Shown here: positions 57,882-64,000 of the stretch, piece by piece
Layout of the letters: every line of letters starts with the position of its first letter
Position numbering within the stretch: the first letter of the stretch is position 1
Assembly (NCBI GenBank): GCA_963702895.1
Contig: OY969767.1
Coordinates: forward strand, 1,386,506-1,450,505
Length of the DNA stretch: 64,000 bases
Reading direction: 5' to 3'
DNA from: an uncultured Elusimicrobia bacterium
GTDB lineage: Bacteria > Elusimicrobiota > Elusimicrobia > 2-01-FULL-59-12
The notes under the pieces: model-generated
What the model was told of the DNA's origin: nothing
Seen by the model: the letters and a program-made list of their open reading frames with translations, nothing else
Databases searched by the model: none
Made by a program: the position numbers and the translations under genes

Positions 57882-58994
57882 TCAGCTTGCGAAAGGGAGG
57901 AGCGCCTGATTGGTGAGCAGCACCGACTCATCCGGGACCCGCCAGCGGCCTTCCGGAGTCACTTCCAGCAAGCGCCGCTCCGCGAGGCGACGGCGTTTGC
58001 CTTGCCAATCGGGATCGGGTTCTTCCCATTCCAGCCCCTCGCGAAGTCTCAAGCCCAGCATCAGACGCTCAAAACGCCGCGTCTCTTCGCTCAAGAATTC
58101 TCTCGATGCCTGTGGAAGCTTCCCCCTCGCCAGATCATGTCCATAATCGTCAAGAGTTTTATGATTTTCCCACCGGACGCCTCCGACGCATCCCACGGCA
58201 CCGACGCCGGCACCGATGTAATCCTTTTGCCGCCAGTAGATGAGGTTATGCTCACATTCCTTCGAGGGAAGGGCGAAATTCGAGATTTCGTAATGGCCAT
58301 AGCCTCTCTGCTTCAGATAAGCACGGGCCCAGTCGTACATGTCGGTCTGGCGATCTTCGTCGGTCCGGACGCCGCTGTCTCGAAAGGGAGTGTGCTCCTC
58401 CACCTTCAAAGCATAGAGGGAAAGGTGATCAGGATAGTAGGTGGTCGTCTTCTCCAGCGTGTCCTGCCAATCTTGGAGGGACTGGCTGGGAAGACCATAG
58501 AGGAGGTCCACATTCAGATTACGGAAACCCGCTTCTCGAGAAGACCGAAAAGCATTCTCGAAGTCTTGCGCCGTATGCAGCCGATCTGCCATTTTCAGCA
58601 GTCGGTCATCGTAGCTCTGCAGGCCGAGGCTCAAGCGATTGACCCCCGCGCCGAACCAACCCGCTGCCTTATCGCCTGTCACGCTCTCGGGGTTGGCTTC
58701 CATCGTAATTTCGGCATTGGGATTTAAGGCAAAGGCCTTCCGGACCGTGCCCAGGATTTGGCCAACATGGTGCGGCCCCAAGAGCGAGGGCGTCCCACCG
58801 CCCAAGAACACCGTTGAAAGAAACGACGGGCGAGGCAGGGCAGACGCGTGAAGTTCAATCTCCTGGCAGAGATCCCGTACGTAGGCATCGATTCGGTCTT
58901 CGATACCGGCGAACGTGACGAAATCGCAGTACCCGCACCGGGCACGGCAAAACGGGATATGGAGATAGAGGCCCTTAGGACTTCTTTCCGTCAT
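57882..58994 (-). CDS. hemW: Radical-SAM heme chaperone HemW (HemN-like, oxygen-independent coproporphyrinogen oxidase family)
   Basis: GLYLHIPFCRARCGYCDF radical-SAM motif plus the HemN C-terminal domain. Start set at MTERSPKG. Confidence 0.8.
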   Translation of the reverse strand: MTERSPKGLYLHIPFCRARCGYCDFVTFAGIEDRIDAYVRDLCQEIELHASALPRPSFLSTVFLGGGTPSLLGPHHVGQILGTVRKAFALNPNAEITMEANPESVTGDKAAGWFGAGVNRLSLGLQSYDDRLLKMADRLHTAQDFENAFRSSREAGFRNLNVDLLYGLPSQSLQDWQDTLEKTTTYYPDHLSLYALKVEEHTPFRDSGVRTDEDRQTDMYDWARAYLKQRGYGHYEISNFALPSKECEHNLIYWRQKDYIGAGVGAVGCVGGVRWENHKTLDDYGHDLARGKLPQASREFLSEETRRFERLMLGLRLREGLEWEEPDPDWQGKRRRLAERRLLEVTPEGRWRVPDESVLLTNQALLPFAS

Positions 58995-59901
58995 TCTTGG
59001 AGTCTTTGAGGAGCTCAACCGCTCCTGCGACAGCTCCCGCAAGACCCGCTGTCTCCAGCGGTATAAGAATCTTGGTCGCGGGGCCTTCCGACATCTTCTC
59101 CAGGGTCTCCAGATACTTGATCGCGATCAAGTCTTTCGTCGGGTTGCCCGTGTGGATCGCTTGATAAACAACTTCAGTCTCATATTTCTGAGCGTCGGCC
59201 ACGCGCTTGATCGCTTCAGCTTGACCTTCCGCTTTCAAGATCGCCGACTGCTTCTGGCCGGTGGCTTCGAGCACCACGGCTTCCTTCACCCCTTCGGCTT
59301 TCAAAATCGCGGACTGCTTCAGTCCTTCCGCTTCCAGGATCGCCGCGCGCTTTTCACGCTCGGCTTTCATTTGCTTGGACATCGACATCGTGATGTCCTG
59401 GGGCGGTTCGATCTTTTGGATTTCAACGCGTACGACTTTGACGCCCCACCGGTCGGTCGCTTCATCGAGCACCTGACGAAGCTGGCTGTTGATACGCTCG
59501 CGGCTCGTGAGGGTTTGATCCAATTCCATTTCGCCCACAATGTTTCGAAGGTTCGTTTGGGCCAGTTTGATCGCGGCCAGGGCGAAATTGGCGACGTTGT
59601 AGACCACTTTAACAGGATCGGTGACTTGAAAGTAGATCACGGCATCAACCGTCACCGAAGCGTTGTCTTTGGTGATCACTTCCTGCGGAGGCACGTCCAT
59701 CACCTGCTCGCGCATATCCACCATGCGAATGGATTGCATGGGCGGGAATAAAAGGACCAACCCGGGACTGCAGGTTTTGCTGTATTGCCCGAACGTTTCC
59801 ACGAGTCCTTTTTCGAATTGACGCACGATACGGAGCGCTCGCGATGCATAGATGACGGCCGCAACCGCTAATAAACCTGCAAAACTAAACGGAAAGTTCA
59901 T
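58975..59901 (-). CDS. SPFH/band-7 (stomatin-like) membrane protein
   Basis: An N-terminal TM segment, then the SPFH domain and an Ala/Glu-rich coiled-coil (…AEGLKQSAILKAEGVKEAVVLEATGQKQSAILKAEG…). Confidence 0.85.
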   Translation of the reverse strand: MNFPFSFAGLLAVAAVIYASRALRIVRQFEKGLVETFGQYSKTCSPGLVLLFPPMQSIRMVDMREQVMDVPPQEVITKDNASVTVDAVIYFQVTDPVKVVYNVANFALAAIKLAQTNLRNIVGEMELDQTLTSRERINSQLRQVLDEATDRWGVKVVRVEIQKIEPPQDITMSMSKQMKAEREKRAAILEAEGLKQSAILKAEGVKEAVVLEATGQKQSAILKAEGQAEAIKRVADAQKYETEVVYQAIHTGNPTKDLIAIKYLETLEKMSEGPATKILIPLETAGLAGAVAGAVELLKDSKNDGKKS

Positions 59902-60329
59902 GATAGCCTCCTGACCACCAGTGATGTTCCTTCGACTTTTTCAACCAGGACCCAACTCTCTTTTTCGAGGCGATCCCCATACGTCACAGCCCGCCACTCC
60001 TCGCCTCCCGCTTTGACCCTGCCTGCCTGCCGGGGGTCCACCGCCTCCAGGACGAGCACCTTCTGACCGAGGAGCGAGTCGACGTTCGACGCATGAGGCT
60101 TGGGCGTAAACAAAAACTTGGCGAGGGGGATGAGTAGCGGTGTCAGTGCCACCGTGACGACGGCAAAGACCACCCACGGAAGCCACGCGACGTTCGGCAC
60201 AGAGAGCGCCGCGATCGAGCCCCCGAGCGCACCGATCGCCATACATACGAAGAAGAAATGGGTCGGCGGCGGCAGAATCTCGAGGATAATAAAGACAACG
60301 CTTGCCATGAGCCAATGCTGATAATGCAT
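59898..60329 (-). CDS. NfeD-family membrane protein (partner of SPFH protein)
   Basis: 143-aa ORF with two or three TM helices and a C-terminal OB-fold-like β domain. ATGA-type overlap with the SPFH gene. Confidence 0.75.
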   Translation of the reverse strand: MHYQHWLMASVVFIILEILPPPTHFFFVCMAIGALGGSIAALSVPNVAWLPWVVFAVVTVALTPLLIPLAKFLFTPKPHASNVDSLLGQKVLVLEAVDPRQAGRVKAGGEEWRAVTYGDRLEKESWVLVEKVEGTSLVVRRLS

Positions 60330-60348
60330 AGTGCCTCCTCTGTCCCCT

Positions 60349-61308
60349 TTATCGTATCACCTTGATACGCCTGAGCGGCCAATAGACAACCCAGGCTCTG
60401 CCTTTGAGCAATCGCTCCGGAAGCGGCCCCCAGAAACGACCGTCAAACGATCCATCGCGATTATCCCCCATGACAAAATAGTGGCCCGCAGGAACCTGGA
60501 TCGGTCCAAAGTTGTCCCCGATCTGGGGACGCATCAGGGTGGCAAACCCGCCGCTTTCCCAGAGCCGCTGGTATTGCTCGGCGCCCAGGCGAAGTTTGGC
60601 GGCAGGGTAGGTCGAAAGGTCCTTGTAAACGGGAAAAGGGTTCGTGTCGAGCACGCCGTTGACATAAAGGCGTTTATTCTTGATCTCGATCGTATCGCCA
60701 GGAAGCCCGACGGCGCGCTTAATGAAATCTTTTCGAACACGCCGCTCCTTTTCTCGAGCCGAGACCATGGCGCTCAGAGGAGCCTCGAAGACAATCACGT
60801 CGCCATGCCGAATAGGACGGATTCTCAGAATTCGTTTCTCGGTGAACGGGATGCGAATGCCGTAAATAAATTTGTTGACGAATAGATGGTCGCCTTCCAG
60901 AAGCGTGTTTTGCATGGACCCTGAAGGGATTTTAAACGCCTGGAGGATGGCGTACATAATGACCGAGGCCAGCAGGATCGCGGAAAACGATGTTTCGATC
61001 CATTCCAGGTCTGAAGTGAGCAGTCGGGTGCCGTTGCCCGATTTCGACCTGCCCCAGAGCGCCTGGGTGATTCCCCACACCAGCCCCACCCCCGCGCCCA
61101 GGAGCGGCCACTCGGGCGAGGGCCCCTGGAGATCCGTCGAAGCGCTATAAACAAAACCGATGAGGGCGCCCACCGACACCGTAAAGAGCAGATGAAGCAG
61201 CGTGATCAGCGCTTGGTTTTGAATCCATCGCTCGCGCTGGAAGATCTTACGCAGCACCACACCGTATGCGCCAAGGCCGCAGCCAATCCAAAAAAGTGTG
61301 CTTTCCAA
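60349..61308 (-). CDS. lepB: Signal peptidase I
   Basis: S26 family boxes (…SGSMQNTLLEGDHLFVNK…, GDNRDGSFDGRFWG). Confidence 0.9.
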   Translation of the reverse strand: MESTLFWIGCGLGAYGVVLRKIFQRERWIQNQALITLLHLLFTVSVGALIGFVYSASTDLQGPSPEWPLLGAGVGLVWGITQALWGRSKSGNGTRLLTSDLEWIETSFSAILLASVIMYAILQAFKIPSGSMQNTLLEGDHLFVNKFIYGIRIPFTEKRILRIRPIRHGDVIVFEAPLSAMVSAREKERRVRKDFIKRAVGLPGDTIEIKNKRLYVNGVLDTNPFPVYKDLSTYPAAKLRLGAEQYQRLWESGGFATLMRPQIGDNFGPIQVPAGHYFVMGDNRDGSFDGRFWGPLPERLLKGRAWVVYWPLRRIKVIR

Positions 61309-61317
61309 ATCTGTCTC

Positions 61318-63105
61318 CTAGGAACGCTTGAGAATCGCCATAAAGGCTTCTTGAGGAATTTCAACAGCCCCAAACTGCTTCATCTTCTTCTTGCCTTCCT
61401 TCTGCTTCTCCAGGAGTTTTCGCTTGCGCGTAATGTCACCGCCATAACATTTGGCCAGCACATCTTTGCGCATCGCAGGGATCGTTTCCCGCGCAACAAT
61501 CCGGCTTCCTATTTTCGCCTGGAGCGGTATTTCAAACATCTGGCGGGGAATGAGTTCCTTCAGTGATTCTACCAAGGTGCGGCCCTGCGCGTATGCTTTT
61601 TCCGTATGGACAATAAAGGAAAAAGCGTCGACCACCTCCGCGTTGACCAGAATCTCCATCTTCACCAGGTCCGCGGCCGAGTATCCCGCATGGTCATAAT
61701 CGAAGGAGGCATACCCCTTGGAGAGGGATTTCAGCTCGTTGTAGAAATCGCTGACGATCTCGGCGAGCGGCAAATCGTAATGCAGCGCCACGCGGGTCGC
61801 GGAAAGGTACTTCATGTCATGGAAGATGCCGCGGCGGTCCTGACAGAGCTGCATGATCGCCCCGACATAGTCGACCGGCACAAGAATGGTCGCCGTCACA
61901 AAAGGCTCCAGGATTTCCTTGACCACGCCGGGCTCGGGAAATTTCGCCGGGTTATCGACTTCGATCTTCTCGCCCTGCTGGGTCACGACCTCGTATTCCA
62001 CGTTGGGCGCCGTCGCAATGAGAGGAATTTCGAACTCCCTTTCAATACGTGTTTTCACAATATCCAAATGCAAGAGCCCCAGAAATCCGGCGCGGAAACC
62101 AAAACCTAAAGCGGTCGACGTCTCCGGGATAAAGGAAAAAGCGGAGTCTGTCAGGTGCAGCTTTTCCAGGGCCTTTTTCAAATTGTCGTAATCGCTTGGA
62201 TTGACCGGATAAATGCCAGCGAAAACAAAGGGCTTGAGCTCTTTATAGCCAGGGTGGGGCTGAGACGTCGGGCGGTCGACGGCGGTGAGGGTATCGCCCA
62301 TTCGCACATCCTGCAATTCCTTCAGCCCGAGGATCATGTAGCCGACTTCGCCTGCCTGCAGGCGATCGGCCTTGATGTATTTCAGTTGGAGCGTGCCAAT
62401 CTCTTCGGCCAGGACCTCGCGTCCGGTCTGCATCATTTGAAGCTTCATCCCCGTACACACTTCCCCTTCGAGGATCCTCACGTAGACCACCACCCCCCGA
62501 AAGGTGTCAAAGACAGAGTCAAACACAAGCGCCTTAAAGGGGGCCTGTGTGTCGGTGGCGGGGGCCGGGATATCGTGAACGATGGTCGAGAGGATATCGT
62601 CGATTCCTTGGCCGACTTTCGCGCTGGCCAGCACAGGCTTTCGCGTGATGCCCAGAACCTCGCGAATCTGGTGCTGACAATTCTCCGGATCGGCCGCAGG
62701 GAGGTCGATCTTGTTGATGACGGGAATGATTTCGAGCCCCGCGTCTTTGGCGAGCGTCGCATTGGCCAAGGTCTGGGCTTCGACGCCTTGCGTCGCGTCG
62801 ACCAGGAGGAGCGCCCCCTCGCAAGCCGCTAGCGCCCGCGACACTTCATAGGTAAAGTCCACGTGCCCCGGGGTATCGATGAGGTTTAAGACATAGCGTC
62901 TCGAAGAACCTGGCGGGGTGTACGACATCCGGATCGCCTTCGCCTTAATCGTAATGCCGCGTTCACGCTCGAGCTCCATGCCGTCCATGATTTGCTCACG
63001 CATTTCCCGCTTCGGGATGGTGCCGGTGGTCTCGAGCAGGCGGTCGGCAAGCGTCGATTTGCCATGATCAATATGCGCGATAATGCAGAAGTTACGAATA
63101 TCCAT
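61318..63105 (-). CDS. lepA: Elongation factor 4 (LepA)
   Basis: 595-aa ORF with GTPase motifs ([21 protein letters not shown]) and the LepA C-terminal domain. Confidence 0.95.
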   Translation of the reverse strand: MDIRNFCIIAHIDHGKSTLADRLLETTGTIPKREMREQIMDGMELERERGITIKAKAIRMSYTPPGSSRRYVLNLIDTPGHVDFTYEVSRALAACEGALLLVDATQGVEAQTLANATLAKDAGLEIIPVINKIDLPAADPENCQHQIREVLGITRKPVLASAKVGQGIDDILSTIVHDIPAPATDTQAPFKALVFDSVFDTFRGVVVYVRILEGEVCTGMKLQMMQTGREVLAEEIGTLQLKYIKADRLQAGEVGYMILGLKELQDVRMGDTLTAVDRPTSQPHPGYKELKPFVFAGIYPVNPSDYDNLKKALEKLHLTDSAFSFIPETSTALGFGFRAGFLGLLHLDIVKTRIEREFEIPLIATAPNVEYEVVTQQGEKIEVDNPAKFPEPGVVKEILEPFVTATILVPVDYVGAIMQLCQDRRGIFHDMKYLSATRVALHYDLPLAEIVSDFYNELKSLSKGYASFDYDHAGYSAADLVKMEILVNAEVVDAFSFIVHTEKAYAQGRTLVESLKELIPRQMFEIPLQAKIGSRIVARETIPAMRKDVLAKCYGGDITRKRKLLEKQKEGKKKMKQFGAVEIPQEAFMAILKRS

Positions 63106-63113
63106 GAGGTGGC

Positions 63114-64000
63114 TTATGAAATTCTGGAAAAGACGTTGGGGTCGCCTGGATCGGCGCCCTTCGAGAAGATACGTTCGACGAGTTTATTCGCTTCCTCTTG
63201 CGACATTTCTCGGATCAAACGCTTGATTCGCGGCACCGCGGCCGCTGGGACGGAGAACTCATCCAGGCCCATACCCAGGAGGATGCGCGTAAACGAGGGA
63301 TTCCCGGCCATTTCTCCGCACATGCCCACCCACTTGCCGGCGGCGTGGCCCGCCTCGATCACCATGCGGATGAGCCGCAAGACGCCCATATGCAGAGGGT
63401 TGTAGAGGTGCGCCACGTTTTCGTTCACACGATCAACAGCAAGCGTATATTGGATGAGATCGTTCGTGCCGATGGACAGGAAGTCGGCTTCTCGGGCCAG
63501 CCAGTCGGCGATCACGGCGGCTGAAGGCGTTTCCACCATGATGCCAACCTCCATCTTCGGATCGAAGGGGACACGCTTGGTCCGGAGCTCCTCCCGGACT
63601 TCTTGAAGCAGCTTGTTCGCCTCTCGTAATTCCTCAAGGCTTGTGATCATGGGATACATGACTTTGAGTTTGCCGCTGTCGGAAGCGCGCAGGATGGCTC
63701 GGAGCTGCGTCTTGAAGATATCGGTAAATTTCAAACAAAGACGGATGCCCCTAAGACCCAAAAACGGGTTTTGCTCTTCCTTGAATCCCATGACACCCAG
63801 GGACGTAAGCTTATCGCCGCCGATGTCCATCGTGCGGATAATCACACTGTACGGGAGCATCTGCCGGGCGACCGATGAATAGGCCTTGAATTGCTCCTCC
63901 TCGGTGGGAAGCTCTTTTCGGTTGAGGAAGAGAAATTCCGTCCTGTACAGACCGATTCCTTCAGCGCCATGGGCCAAAGACGTCTTGATCTCATCGGGAG
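63114..64000 (-). CDS. ptsI: Phosphoenolpyruvate-protein phosphotransferase (PTS enzyme I) or related PEP-utilising enzyme, C-terminal part (gene continues past window end)
   Basis: PEP-utilisers C-terminal TIM-barrel motifs (…[11 protein letters not shown]…, …MVETPSAA…, [14 protein letters not shown]). The region is open to the window edge on the minus strand. Confidence 0.75.
   Translation of the reverse strand, partial: PDEIKTSLAHGAEGIGLYRTEFLFLNRKELPTEEEQFKAYSSVARQMLPYSVIIRTMDIGGDKLTSLGVMGFKEEQNPFLGLRGIRLCLKFTDIFKTQLRAILRASDSGKLKVMYPMITSLEELREANKLLQEVREELRTKRVPFDPKMEVGIMVETPSAAVIADWLAREADFLSIGTNDLIQYTLAVDRVNENVAHLYNPLHMGVLRLIRMVIEAGHAAGKWVGMCGEMAGNPSFTRILLGMGLDEFSVPAAAVPRIKRLIREMSQEEANKLVERIFSKGADPGDPNVFSRIS

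Overview
High-GC (~60%) bacterial chromosomal window. Both ends carry conserved housekeeping operons on the minus strand. The left end holds a dcw cell-division cluster (murF partial, murE, ftsI, ftsL, rsmH, mraZ). The right end holds hemerythrin, cupin, rpoD, dnaG, yqeY, rpsU, HIT, a phage-holin-like gene, mtaB-like, terC, rsmE, dnaJ, dnaK, grpE, hrcA, an ABC-2 transporter, hemW, SPFH/NfeD, lepB, lepA and ptsI (partial). Between them lies an accessory region. It contains tRNA-Val and tRNA-Met with a low-GC islet, two DUF433/DUF5615 toxin-antitoxin pairs, and a luxC/luxE/class-III-aminotransferase operon. It also contains an IS256-family insertion sequence with identifiable imperfect inverted repeats and a 9-bp target duplication. 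Most strikingly, it contains three tandem, same-strand giant ORFs (about 2.3k, 2.4k and 3.5k aa; 15.5-41.4 kb). These are paralogous in architecture. Each has a conserved signal-peptide-like N-terminal leader and mosaic enzymatic domains (ICMT-like, CheY receiver, transglutaminase-like, SAM methyltransferases, NagB/6PGL-like, LysM, GNAT). These domains are punctuated by repeated hydrophobic-hairpin modules, each with a TQAAFL-type motif and a basic tail, and one such module closes each protein. The window is also rich in small repeats. A ~120-bp MITE-like family with CCGTCAYCC termini occurs four times, two copies inserted in-frame inside protein-coding genes. There are palindromic AT-cored repeats upstream of mraZ and two 21-22-bp-period tandem arrays. 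Two homopolymer-associated frameshifts are visible: rpoD (essential) and giant gene 2. This suggests draft/MAG-type sequence errors rather than true pseudogenes.
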